Assembly (NCBI GenBank): GCA_905209745.1
Contig: CAJLUG010000001.1
Location: 1 to 28,063, forward strand
Reading direction: 5' to 3'
DNA: 28,063 nucleotides
Origin: an uncultured Mycoplasma sp.
GTDB lineage: Bacteria > Bacillota_I > Bacilli_A > RF39 > UBA660
Positions 1 to 9,786 of the stretch are shown piece by piece. Both the position numbers and the translations under genes were made by a program. The notes beneath the pieces were generated by a model. It worked only from the letters and a program-made list of their open reading frames with translations. It did not search any database and was not told the DNA's origin. How positions within the stretch are numbered: position 1 is the stretch's first letter; every line of letters starts with the position of its first letter.

Positions 1-430
1 TAATACAGTCAGATGGAAGTATATCTTCATCATAAGCATTAAAGCCATCTGTATATTCGTACAGAGCGCGATAATTATCTACTTTTTCCCAACTCACGCT
101 GCCTTTGACAAGTAATGCCTTAATAATGTGAACATCAACACCTGTTTTACCTTGAACTACATGAATATGTTCAATGCAAGTAGAAAATGGAAGTCTAAGG
201 TCTTTAGCTCTCATTGCAATAGCAAGACCATCTTCAACAGACTTAATACCACATTTATCACTACGCATAACACGTTTGATAAATACTTCAAGACTTGCAA
301 TTTCAGCTTCACTCATATAATTAAGCTGATATGGAGCAACAGAATGTTGAACACCATGTTGTTTTTCAATACCACTATTACTAACAGCAACAGTAGTATC
401 ATTAACTTTAACTTCTTTATCTTCGTCCAT
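1..430 (-). CDS. RecT/Red-beta-like single-strand annealing protein (5' part; runs off the window edge)
   Basis: Not in the ORF track. Manual translation from ATG at 430: MDEDKEVKVN...GLAIAMRAKDLRLPFSTCIEHIHVVQGKTGVDVHIIKALL..., open to position 1. The LP...IHVVQGK segment resembles phage RecT-family proteins; replication-module context. Confidence 0.6.
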   Translation of the reverse strand, partial: MDEDKEVKVNDTTVAVSNSGIEKQHGVQHSVAPYQLNYMSEAEIASLEVFIKRVMRSDKCGIKSVEDGLAIAMRAKDLRLPFSTCIEHIHVVQGKTGVDVHIIKALLVKGSVSWEKVDNYRALYEYTDGFNAYDEDILPSDCI

Positions 431-482
431 TCTATCAAAGAGCGATTTTGATTACACAACAAATGTAACTATTATATTTATA

Positions 483-1868
483 CTAGCAAACAATATCATC
501 AAAATTTTGAGCACTAATATCAAAATTAATATTCTGTATAACTTCATGGTTAGCCGATAACTTTTCCTTTTTAAGACTTGCTTCTTCGATAGTACCAGCT
601 ATATAAAGTTTATGTACTTTAAGTTTTGATTGACTACAATTAACATTATTATAACGATAGATAAGTTCATCTATGGTATCACATAAAGGTGAGGTTAAAA
701 TCCATTCGTCTACGCTTGTTTCTAGGCTGTCAGTTGAATTATTTTTTATAGATAATACTCTTAATAAGCCATCATTAAAAGACTTCAAATTCAGCGTGGA
801 AATAGCCTTAGATTTGATTATACGAGCAGTCCCTTTCTTGCTTCCAGACTTGTACAAAACAGGAATACCATTACTATCAACTAGAACTTTATCCTCAATT
901 TTATCATGATAATCACCACAAATTTCACCTAATTTATCATTAATATATTTAGTTACAGTAGCAGCATATTCACCTCTCTTACTAATAATAAGAAATCGTT
1001 TATCAGGATTATCTTTAATAATTTCAACTATTCTTTCTAGCTTACAAACATTATCAGAACATATAAGCATACGTTCACGAACAATATTATAAAAAGTCTT
1101 AACTCGTTCAGCAAGAACAAGAGGATTATAACATTCATCAATTTGTTTACTAAAAGGATTAGTCATATCCATATCAGCACTCCATCCATTATATTCAGCT
1201 ATTTCTGTAATATATTGAATAGCACTACGTCCATCTTGAGTACCATTTCGAGCACATTTAATATTATCAAGATTACCAAATACTTGAATAGTCTGAGTAA
1301 TAAATTCAGTATATTTATCATAATTAGCAATATCATCTTGATTAACAAACAAAATTGGCTCTCTGTATTCCTCTACGGGGAGTAAAGCCCGCATAGCATT
1401 AATACCACTAGAACTTATATTATCATTAATAGGAGGAATATTAGTATAAATTTCTTTTAGTTTGGCAGTATCAATAGTATCTTTAGTTATAATCATAAGT
1501 TTAAATCTAGCATGATTAAAAACTGTATTACAAGAAAGATTCCATTCATTAACTCCAACAACAATAGAAATATCATAACTATAATTATATCTACTATTAA
1601 CATAAGTATGAGTAAGAATATTAATAGTATCTATATTTATATTATGATTTTTAAGACCATCAACAATTTCTGTTCTTCTTTTCCAATTATCTGTAACAAT
1701 AAGTATTTTAAGATTAGGATTTTTATTCCTCATCAGAGTAATAACTCTACTTATAATTTCAGAATAATCAAGAGGTTGAACACAATGGATAGTTCCAATA
1801 CCTTTATAATCTTTAGAACCCCATTTATTAATAAGTTTACTATATGATTCTTCAACTATATTTTTCAT
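483..1868 (-). CDS. SF2/SNF2-like helicase-fold protein with degenerate ATPase motifs
   Basis: 461 aa. Helicase-like layout (KILIVT, KLERIVEII...KRFLIIS, VHKLYIAGTIEE) but no canonical Walker A or DExx. ATGA overlap with the polymerase stop. Confidence 0.55.
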   Translation of the reverse strand: MKNIVEESYSKLINKWGSKDYKGIGTIHCVQPLDYSEIISRVITLMRNKNPNLKILIVTDNWKRRTEIVDGLKNHNINIDTINILTHTYVNSRYNYSYDISIVVGVNEWNLSCNTVFNHARFKLMIITKDTIDTAKLKEIYTNIPPINDNISSSGINAMRALLPVEEYREPILFVNQDDIANYDKYTEFITQTIQVFGNLDNIKCARNGTQDGRSAIQYITEIAEYNGWSADMDMTNPFSKQIDECYNPLVLAERVKTFYNIVRERMLICSDNVCKLERIVEIIKDNPDKRFLIISKRGEYAATVTKYINDKLGEICGDYHDKIEDKVLVDSNGIPVLYKSGSKKGTARIIKSKAISTLNLKSFNDGLLRVLSIKNNSTDSLETSVDEWILTSPLCDTIDELIYRYNNVNCSQSKLKVHKLYIAGTIEEASLKKEKLSANHEVIQNINFDISAQNFDDIVC

Positions 1869-4168
1869 CCAAAATCATCTTCATTAAAAATAGGATTATA
1901 CATACCACTATATTTTTTAATTTTACTTTTACCTTTACCTTTAGGAGAAATCTTAAGTTTAATAGGATTAATAATCTTCATAGCTTCTTGATAATAAAAT
2001 TTAAAATTAATATCTCTAAGAGAAATATCTTTATCATCAAGACTATTAATAACCGTTACAACAGAACCAGCTGCCATTCTACTACGAGAACCATTATCGT
2101 TATGAACTTTCTCAATAATATAACCTCTATTAGAAACATAAAACCTAACATATCTTTGACAAATAACATGAGTAACTTGTCCATTTTCAATCTTAGTTTC
2201 TTCTACATGAAATTGTTTACCTACATTTTGAGTAAGACAAAAGTCAAGAATATTAGTTGCTTCTTGAAGAGTATCCATTACAGGTTTATTCTTAAGAAAA
2301 TAGTTTTCAATAGCTTGAGCAACAATAGGCATAGAATAACCTTTAGTTAAATCTAGAGAATACATCATAGGATTAAGAGCACCTTTAGATTCAATTTTAA
2401 GCTTACCTTTAGACCTAAATTGAGTAATATAATTATTAACATCACGAGCTATAAGACTATGAACAACATCGCTATCAGCTTGCATACCAGTAATATCTTG
2501 CCACCAAGTAGTAATTTCTTTAAATTTATCTTCTTGGTCAATATAAACTTTAACCATAATACCATCAGTATTTGCACTAATAATATGAATATTATCTAGT
2601 TCAAGAGCTTCGCATAACATAAGAAGCATAAGTTGTCCATTAACAGTAACTTTAAGAACAGCAAGACGGTCATATAAATCTCCTTTTTCAAATCCAAGTT
2701 TACCATAAATACTATTTATGACAATCTTTAAAACTAAAGCAAGAATATCTTTAGCAATACCATCTATGTATTCTTCTTCACTATGTTTCACATCAACACG
2801 TTTTTGTTTCATCCAACTAATTAAATTACAAAAAGCATTTGTATCAATATGAGAAGGAGCAACTTTATGAACACCTATTATACTAGGATAAAAACTAGCA
2901 ACATCAAAATGATAAATGGTAAAAGGTTTACCCCCCGTGGAGTATGGAGTTAAGTAATCACCATAAGGAGTAGTTGAATATAACTCCATAGGAACATCTT
3001 GACTATGTAAACCTCCAGTTGCAAGAGTATAAGTTATATTTCCAATTTTAACGTTCTCACTAAAAGCATCTTTATTAACTCTATAAATAGTAGTTTTATA
3101 TAGTTTATCAAGTAAATCTTGAAGTTTTTTAGTTTTAAACTTAATAAAAGGAAAAATAACTTTCTTAAAACTCATAGCAGTTCTTTCAGTTTTCTTACCT
3201 TTCCATTGTTCAGGAGCAAGACCACTAAATTTACTATAAAATTTCTCAAAAAGAATATCAGCAGTTTTACTACGACTAGAATTAAGAACATCAACATCAT
3301 ATGCTTTACTAATAGCATAACGAGATTTAATTTCTTCTGGATAAAGACGAACTATTTCAGCTACAATGAAAACATCATTAAGATTATAATACATCATAGG
3401 TTCAATATATTCATCAAGAATAAATCTATCCCATTTATCTACTAGTTTATTAAGCTGTTTAACATTCATTCCTTTAAGATTAGGAATTTCATTATATAAT
3501 TCAGCTTCTTCTTCATTAATATCAGGAAGTTCATATTCTAGAAGTTCATACCATTGAAGATTAATTGAAGTTTGTTTTAAACCTTTAGGAACAGGTTTAC
3601 GTTCACCAGTTTTACTATCTACAACTATACTTGCTTTATTAAGAGCAAATATACGCATTACATCAACACCTGTAAATGGTAGTTTATATTTTCTAAGACT
3701 ATTAAGATAAAAATCAGTTTTAAATTTATCTTTATCATCTTGACTAGAAATAATAGTTTTACTAGTTTCATATAACTTATTAATAAGTTCTTTCGTACTA
3801 TTCGTACGCATATAAAAACTAAGTAAAGCAGCAATCATAAGATTATCATAATTGAAATTATTAAATCCATACAAGTCAGTACGAATAATATTTCCATTAG
3901 AATCTTTATAACATCTAGTCTTATTAATATAATCTATCATAGAAAGTAATTGACTATCATCTTTATCTGTTATATAAAACTTATATTTTTCAACAGTTTC
4001 AAGACGAGCTTTAATTTCTTCAACAGATAGTTTTTGAACTAAAGGAATAGCTTTTCCATCAGCATTAACACAATCTTTAAAAACTTTAAGATAACTATTA
4101 ATACTAACAAAAGTAATAGAAAAGAAATTTCTTAAAACTTCAACATCATAAGCTATACAATTAATCAT
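1865..4168 (-). CDS. polB: DNA polymerase family B
   Basis: 767 aa. Exonuclease motifs YDVE, GFNNFNYD, YNLNDV; polymerase motifs FDVASFYPS, KIVINSIYGK, NTDG. Confidence 0.93.
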   Translation of the reverse strand: MINCIAYDVEVLRNFFSITFVSINSYLKVFKDCVNADGKAIPLVQKLSVEEIKARLETVEKYKFYITDKDDSQLLSMIDYINKTRCYKDSNGNIIRTDLYGFNNFNYDNLMIAALLSFYMRTNSTKELINKLYETSKTIISSQDDKDKFKTDFYLNSLRKYKLPFTGVDVMRIFALNKASIVVDSKTGERKPVPKGLKQTSINLQWYELLEYELPDINEEEAELYNEIPNLKGMNVKQLNKLVDKWDRFILDEYIEPMMYYNLNDVFIVAEIVRLYPEEIKSRYAISKAYDVDVLNSSRSKTADILFEKFYSKFSGLAPEQWKGKKTERTAMSFKKVIFPFIKFKTKKLQDLLDKLYKTTIYRVNKDAFSENVKIGNITYTLATGGLHSQDVPMELYSTTPYGDYLTPYSTGGKPFTIYHFDVASFYPSIIGVHKVAPSHIDTNAFCNLISWMKQKRVDVKHSEEEYIDGIAKDILALVLKIVINSIYGKLGFEKGDLYDRLAVLKVTVNGQLMLLMLCEALELDNIHIISANTDGIMVKVYIDQEDKFKEITTWWQDITGMQADSDVVHSLIARDVNNYITQFRSKGKLKIESKGALNPMMYSLDLTKGYSMPIVAQAIENYFLKNKPVMDTLQEATNILDFCLTQNVGKQFHVEETKIENGQVTHVICQRYVRFYVSNRGYIIEKVHNDNGSRSRMAAGSVVTVINSLDDKDISLRDINFKFYYQEAMKIINPIKLKISPKGKGKSKIKKYSGMYNPIFNEDDFG

Positions 4169-4711
4169 TTATACTATACCATAATTATTTCTATTTTTAG
4201 TAACCCAATTAACATCATCAGCAAAACGCTGTTTAAACATATGATAAAGATTATCATCTTTAAATTTAACAAGAGGCGAATAATTATTAAATATATACTT
4301 ACCGCCAGTAGCCATAAATCTAGGAATATGATTATTACTAATACTAAGATAAGCATCACCAAATATAAATAGATACTTATAATTAATTCTAGCTAATTCT
4401 TTCCATAGAATATTACGACATTTATCAACAGCAGTAAGATATGTATTATAATTATTAGAACAAGCACATTTAATACTATAAGTCATATATACATCTTCAG
4501 TGTTATTACGTCCAGAATATTCATCATAAAGATTACCAATATCAGTAAATAATTGATAACCTTCACAATAATTTCTATCACCTCTAGGAAATAGGAAAAC
4601 AATATCTCCATGAATACTTCCTCTACCACCTTGTATATATTTACCTGTATTAAATATACGATTTGGGCATCTTTCACAATCAGGATATTCGTCAACAGTT
4701 TTACTTGCCAT
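4169..4711 (-). CDS. Uracil-DNA glycosylase family 4-like protein, catalytic motifs degenerate
   Basis: 180 aa. CERCP, GRGSIHGDIVFL, VYMTYSIKC, C..IL.KEL....YKYLFIFG.A follow family-4 UDG spacing, including the Fe-S cysteines. Confidence 0.6.
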   Translation of the reverse strand: MASKTVDEYPDCERCPNRIFNTGKYIQGGRGSIHGDIVFLFPRGDRNYCEGYQLFTDIGNLYDEYSGRNNTEDVYMTYSIKCACSNNYNTYLTAVDKCRNILWKELARINYKYLFIFGDAYLSISNNHIPRFMATGGKYIFNNYSPLVKFKDDNLYHMFKQRFADDVNWVTKNRNNYGIV

Positions 4712-6161
4712 AAGATAATACTAATTGATTACTAGCGCGAGAACAAGCAACATACAATCTACGAAGCATTTCATCTCTATTAGTATAAGGATGACCATAT
4801 TTATCATAAATCATATCGTTAATATCTACAAATACATTTTTATAAGTAGAACCTTGTGCTCTATGAGAAGTAATTGCAAAACCATAATCTAAATCTCTAC
4901 TAAATAAAATCTTACCATTACTATTCGTAATATTAGAAGCGATAAGATATTTACGTTTAAAATCAAAATATTGTTTCCATTTACTTCCACGTTCAGAACT
5001 ACTAGCTTTTTTAGCATCATCAATAAGACTAGTCAACTTCTTATAATACATCTGAAATGTATAGTTATCATAATGGTCAATAACAAATAAAGGTTGAGTT
5101 ATAGCACCACCATGAATAGCTTGAAACTTAATAAGAAATCCTTTAAACTCATAATCATTATCAATTGTATCAACAATATCTTTAACAATATATTCTTCAC
5201 TATTGTTTATAATAATATCATTAAAAACATTAACAACAGTAGTATAACTCATTATTAAATCATTACGAGTAATAAGGCTCTTATCAGCATCTTGAATAAT
5301 CATATGTCTTACATGGTTATTCCATTGTGCAACACGACTATTAGTATAAGCTATAATACGATACAAATCAATATTTTTAGTATATTCTTCATCATTAAAA
5401 CAAGTATCAATTAAATCAGAAAATTCAGTTTGACCACAAACATAAAATCCTTTAGTTTCTTTATTATAATCTTGTCTGTTCTTAGATATATAATCAAGAA
5501 ACTTCCATCCATTCTTATTATCTATATCTTCTCGAAGAAGTTTAAGAAGTTTACTAATAGGGTTATTATCTCCTTGTCGTACAACTTCTTTAAGATAATA
5601 AGTATTACTAGCAATAAGAAAAGCTTGACTAGTTTTCTCATTAACAGGTGGAAGCTGACTAGAGTCACCAAGCATTATAACTTTAATTTGAAGCTTCTTA
5701 CATTTATTACTAATATACTTAACAAGTTTAGCATTAAGCATAGAAGCTTCATCAATAATTAAAACTTTAAGACCATCTAGTTTATCTTTTCCAACAGGAT
5801 TAAAAGCAGGATTCTCAGGGTCAAAATTTTCAATATTAACATCAAGTCTAAAACCAAATAATGATTGAATAGTATTAACTTCTTTTCCACCAATAGAATT
5901 ACTAAGAACTCTACAAGCTTTATGTGTAGGAGCAGCACAACCTATAACACCACCAGACCATTTGCAATTATTAATAACATATTTAATAACAAATGTTTTA
6001 CCTGTACCTCCAGCACCACAAAGAGCATTAATATATTTCTTCTCATCCCAAGGCTGTGCAAGAAACTCAATAAGTTCATGCACAGCTATTTCTTGGTCTT
6101 TAGTAAACTTAATGTTAGTATCTTTTCTATTACTATTAGCAATATTAAGATTACCAATCAT
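4701..6161 (-). CDS. Dda/RecD-like SF1B DNA helicase
   Basis: 486 aa. GAGGTGKT, IIDEASM, GDSSQLPPV, VVRQ, ITSHRAQGSTY, YVACSRA. Confidence 0.92.
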   Translation of the reverse strand: MIGNLNIANSNRKDTNIKFTKDQEIAVHELIEFLAQPWDEKKYINALCGAGGTGKTFVIKYVINNCKWSGGVIGCAAPTHKACRVLSNSIGGKEVNTIQSLFGFRLDVNIENFDPENPAFNPVGKDKLDGLKVLIIDEASMLNAKLVKYISNKCKKLQIKVIMLGDSSQLPPVNEKTSQAFLIASNTYYLKEVVRQGDNNPISKLLKLLREDIDNKNGWKFLDYISKNRQDYNKETKGFYVCGQTEFSDLIDTCFNDEEYTKNIDLYRIIAYTNSRVAQWNNHVRHMIIQDADKSLITRNDLIMSYTTVVNVFNDIIINNSEEYIVKDIVDTIDNDYEFKGFLIKFQAIHGGAITQPLFVIDHYDNYTFQMYYKKLTSLIDDAKKASSSERGSKWKQYFDFKRKYLIASNITNSNGKILFSRDLDYGFAITSHRAQGSTYKNVFVDINDMIYDKYGHPYTNRDEMLRRLYVACSRASNQLVLSYGK

Positions 6162-6631
6162 TACAATTCGTTGTTTACATCAATAAGATTATTTTTAACT
6201 TTGTCTTCATATTCTTTCCATTCTTGAAAAGCTAAAATAGTAGATTCACTATCACCACGATTATAACATGTAGTAATATGAAACAATTCCTTAGCAAAAG
6301 GCATTTTAACAATTTTACCTTTAGCTATAAGTCCAGCAGCAAAAGGAATATAAAATCTAGTATCAACAGTTTTTCTATTTTCACTATCTCTTATAATTTT
6401 AATTCTATGATTATATTCATCTAATCGACGAGCATAAATAACTTTCTTTCCTTTAGTTCTGTAACTTTCACCAGTAATGCTATATAGTTTGCCATTATAT
6501 TCTACTTTATAAGTACCATCAATATATCTAATAATACCTTCACATTTAGCAACTATAATAACATATTTATTGACTATTCCTTTCTCTTTGGATTTACCTA
6601 CAACTCCAAATGAGAATTTAAAGCTAACCAT
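6161..6631 (-). CDS. hypothetical protein
   Basis: 156 aa. TAATG coupling with the helicase start; phage-like codon usage. Confidence 0.8.
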   Translation of the reverse strand: MVSFKFSFGVVGKSKEKGIVNKYVIIVAKCEGIIRYIDGTYKVEYNGKLYSITGESYRTKGKKVIYARRLDEYNHRIKIIRDSENRKTVDTRFYIPFAAGLIAKGKIVKMPFAKELFHITTCYNRGDSESTILAFQEWKEYEDKVKNNLIDVNNEL

Positions 6632-6637
6632 AACATA

Positions 6638-6970
6638 CTACTTTCTTTTAATAGTACGCATACGTTTATCAACAGCACGAGTAATACCTTTAAAAGTATT
6701 ATCCTCTGCAAATTTAGCTTTACGAGCAGCCTTTTTAGCAGCTTTCTTAGCAGCAATTTCTTCATCACGTTCTTTTTGTTGTTGAATAACATCAACAATC
6801 TCAACATGATAACCACAATAATGAGAAAGAAAATCAATCTTACCATTAGTTCCATTACCAATAGCGCTATTTTTAGCTACTTTAATAACTTTACTAGCAG
6901 GATTGATTCCAATAACAGCATCAACATTATTAAGTTGACGAACAACAGAAACTTCATCATACTTTTTCAT
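6638..6970 (-). CDS. hypothetical basic protein
   Basis: 110 aa with an AAKKAAKKAARKAK tract; operonic spacing. Confidence 0.8.
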   Translation of the reverse strand: MKKYDEVSVVRQLNNVDAVIGINPASKVIKVAKNSAIGNGTNGKIDFLSHYCGYHVEIVDVIQQQKERDEEIAAKKAAKKAARKAKFAEDNTFKGITRAVDKRMRTIKRK

Positions 6971-7113
6971 AAGTACTTTACATTTTTAAAGATTAATAAA
7001 ACAATTATATTTAATAGTTAAAACTATAATAAATTCAATAATAGTTAGAATAGTAGAGCCACTACGCTACGCTCCGTGGCGACCCCCCGTAGAGGATGGA
7101 AGCAAGCTAGTCA

Positions 7114-7386
7114 TTAAACTTTCTTTCTAATAATATCATTAAAATCACTAGCAAGTTTACCAATCCTATCTTCAATTCTATCTAGTCTATTTCTATCTCT
7201 TTTAACTTCCCATTGTTTATTAATATCGCAAATATCAATTTGAATCTTTCTAATCCAATTTTGAGTATCATTAATATCTCTAATAAGTCTATCTAGTTTT
7301 TTACTAACAATGGTAATTCTTATAAAAAGATATACAGATAAACCAAATATCATACCAAGTATAAAATGAGAAACATTTTCAATCAT
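7114..7386 (-). CDS. hypothetical membrane-anchored coiled-coil protein
   Basis: Start taken at MIENVSHF (7386), which overlaps the upstream stop. 90 aa, N-terminal hydrophobic helix followed by a heptad-like segment. Confidence 0.65.
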   Translation of the reverse strand: MIENVSHFILGMIFGLSVYLFIRITIVSKKLDRLIRDINDTQNWIRKIQIDICDINKQWEVKRDRNRLDRIEDRIGKLASDFNDIIRKKV

Positions 7387-7951
7387 AGAAATAATGATAA
7401 AGTTTACGAATAAGTTCAAATCTAGTATCAGTAATATTATAGATTTTAAATGCTTTGGCAACAAAATCAAAATCACCATATTTAAGTAAAGCATCTATAT
7501 AATCTTTAATATCACTAAGCCACATAATAGCACTAACAGAATATCTATCACTATCAGTATTAGTAATATATTGACCAATACCTTTAGCAATAGTATCAGC
7601 AGTTATATCATTAATAATAAATTTATCAGTAAACCAATTATCTTTTATATAATGTTTATCAGTATATTTATCACGAAAGGTTTTAGATAGTTTATTACAT
7701 AAATCAATATAAGAACGAGCAGCAGTTCTATTATTATGATTAACAAATTGAACATCTTTAACTTTAAGAGTTAAATTCATACCACATTCAATAATACGAA
7801 CTTTAATTTGTTTTTTATCCTCATTAATATATAGAACAATAGCAAGTTTATCTTTCCAATAACCAGTATTCAAAGTAACTATATCATAAAGTTTAACTTT
7901 AAATCCAGATGTAATAGTACCATCAATATTCTTATAAGTAATATAATTCAT
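7379..7951 (-). CDS. hypothetical protein (possible N-terminal KOW/SH3-like domain)
   Basis: 190 aa. KLYDIVTLNTGYWKDKLAIVLYI resembles a KOW-type motif. Confidence 0.75.
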   Translation of the reverse strand: MNYITYKNIDGTITSGFKVKLYDIVTLNTGYWKDKLAIVLYINEDKKQIKVRIIECGMNLTLKVKDVQFVNHNNRTAARSYIDLCNKLSKTFRDKYTDKHYIKDNWFTDKFIINDITADTIAKGIGQYITNTDSDRYSVSAIMWLSDIKDYIDALLKYGDFDFVAKAFKIYNITDTRFELIRKLYHYFYD

Positions 7952-8110
7952 AACAAAACTGTATTAAATTTTTAGTTTAACATTTATTAGCTAGTTCTTT
8001 TGCCCTGTATTGAACTCAATATTAATCGTGATAGATTAATCAGATTATATATGAAAATTCAACAGAGGACAAAAGAATCATATCTATGAATATGTTATGA
8101 GCGTAAATAG

Positions 8111-8473
8111 CTAGTCATTTGTAGCAGGCTCATTATTCTGTTCATTATTCTTACCATCACGTTTAAGACGTTCTTTAAGAATATGTTCAGATACAGAACC
8201 AAGTTTACATTCACTAACACAACGACTAACACCTTTAGCATGAGTTACAGTATATACAATAGGATAATCAATATATTTATTATTACCTACTGTACGTTCG
8301 ATTTTAGTAATTCCAACTTCGGTTACAATACCAACACAAATACCAAGCTTAGTTTGATTATGATATTGATAAGTATATTCCATATAAACTACTTGTCCTT
8401 TTTTAAACTTAGCTTGTTCTTCAATATATCTATCTAATAGACCATCGAAAATAAAAGAATCATAATTATCCAT
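8111..8473 (-). CDS. hypothetical protein
   Basis: Start taken at MDNYDSF (8473), 120 aa. The longer track start runs through the hairpin at 8515-8546. Confidence 0.75.
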   Translation of the reverse strand: MDNYDSFIFDGLLDRYIEEQAKFKKGQVVYMEYTYQYHNQTKLGICVGIVTEVGITKIERTVGNNKYIDYPIVYTVTHAKGVSRCVSECKLGSVSEHILKERLKRDGKNNEQNNEPATND

Positions 8474-8509
8474 TTTAATTATATATTTAAAGTTAATAAT
8501 ATACATACT

Positions 8510-8546
8510 AAAAAGCCTAGCACTATCTTCACAGACAATGCTAGGC
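8510..8546 (-). terminator. Intrinsic terminator-like hairpin with GUGA loop
   Basis: Minus strand GCCUAGCAUUGUCU-GUGA-AGAUAGUGCUAGGC-UUUUU: 14-bp stem with 2 G-U pairs, then a U-tract. Confidence 0.65.
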
Positions 8547-8831
8547 AAAACTACAAATACGAAATCATATAAAACGAAATGTTTGACACAGACATCATTA
8601 TTACTAATTTCACAATCAATAATAATAGAATAATTAACACCAAATCAAATATGACATATAACACTTGGACTATGATAAATATTAATAGCACTATCTTCAC
8701 AGACTGTACTATTACAAAACCTACAATTTTAGAAATTAAAACGGATAATAACAATATCATAGTTTCGGAGTTCAATTCCTCCATCATCAGCAAGTGAAAT
8801 AACACTATTATCTTCACAGACAATAGTGTTA
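8515..8831 (-). repeat. Three 32-nt hairpins sharing the apical sequence GTCTGTGAAGATA
   Basis: Copies at 8515-8546, 8683-8714 and 8800-8831. Basal stems differ in sequence but all base-pair. Confidence 0.85.
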
Positions 8832-8856
8832 GAAATACAATCAAAATTATGTGGGA

Positions 8857-9429
8857 TTATTTAGTAGATTTATTTGCTTTTCTACGTTTAAGTTCAGCAT
8901 AAATTTCATCATCACTAACATTCTTAAACTTATTCTCTTGTTTATTATTATCAACAGATTGATTAACCATTTTAATCATTTCCTTATATTCTGCATTAGA
9001 AGTATCAATAATATGTTGACCTATAAAATGATTAATTTTAGTATTAGCTTCAACAATATTAATAATCATATCTTTAGCATATTTAGGAAAAACAGCAATA
9101 ATAGGCTTAAGTATATCTTTATCTTCAATTATACTATCCCAACGATTAATAAGCCAATCAAGTTCAAATCCATCTTTAGTAGCAAGTTTAATAATATCTT
9201 CTTGAGTTTTACCAAAATCATTAATATATTTTTGTTCTTTAAGAACATATACAAATAAAGCTAAACCTCTAACATATTGGTCTGGAGATAAACCTTTATC
9301 TTTAATATCATTAATGAATTTATTAAGAAGATTACAATCTTCTTTATATTTACAGGTATCACAAATAATACTATCACAAGATTTACCAAAAACTTCATCA
9401 AGAATAACTTTAATATTAATATTTTCCAT
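8857..9429 (-). CDS. hypothetical protein with N-terminal Cys cluster
   Basis: 190 aa. CDSIICDTCKYKEDC is a possible metal-binding site. Confidence 0.8.
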   Translation of the reverse strand: MENINIKVILDEVFGKSCDSIICDTCKYKEDCNLLNKFINDIKDKGLSPDQYVRGLALFVYVLKEQKYINDFGKTQEDIIKLATKDGFELDWLINRWDSIIEDKDILKPIIAVFPKYAKDMIINIVEANTKINHFIGQHIIDTSNAEYKEMIKMVNQSVDNNKQENKFKNVSDDEIYAELKRRKANKSTK

Positions 9430-9441
9430 AATTTTATTTAT

Positions 9442-9621
9442 TTAATCATAATAACCAAAAACATCATTTTCAGGGTCAACAATAGGACTATCATCAACTA
9501 TTGGTTCCCAAGCAATATCGTCAAAATCTTGACTTAGACATTCTGCATGAATTTCAACACCTTCAACATTATTATTGAAATATGTATCATCTTCAACAAA
9601 ATAAATATCAGTTCTTTCCAT
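9442..9621 (-). CDS. small highly acidic protein
   Basis: Start taken at MERTDIYF (9621) after an AT-rich leader. 59 aa, 18 D/E, one R, no K. Confidence 0.65.
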   Translation of the reverse strand: MERTDIYFVEDDTYFNNNVEGVEIHAECLSQDFDDIAWEPIVDDSPIVDPENDVFGYYD

Positions 9622-9786
9622 ATCTTTATATATAAAATAAACTCCGAGTAGAGGATGATTATCATCAACTAGTTGACTATAACAAACCCAATAAACAAAA
9701 TGGATAAAAATGGCAGGCAAATGAGAATTAGCTTTAACAAGCTCAACAGCACTATCCATCCTCTACGGGGAGTCTATACTACAAAC

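Noticed and set aside
8515..8831. CRISPR-like mini-array
   Set aside because: Only about 13 bp are shared, periods are 168 and 117 bp, and no cas genes are present. Better described as a hairpin array.
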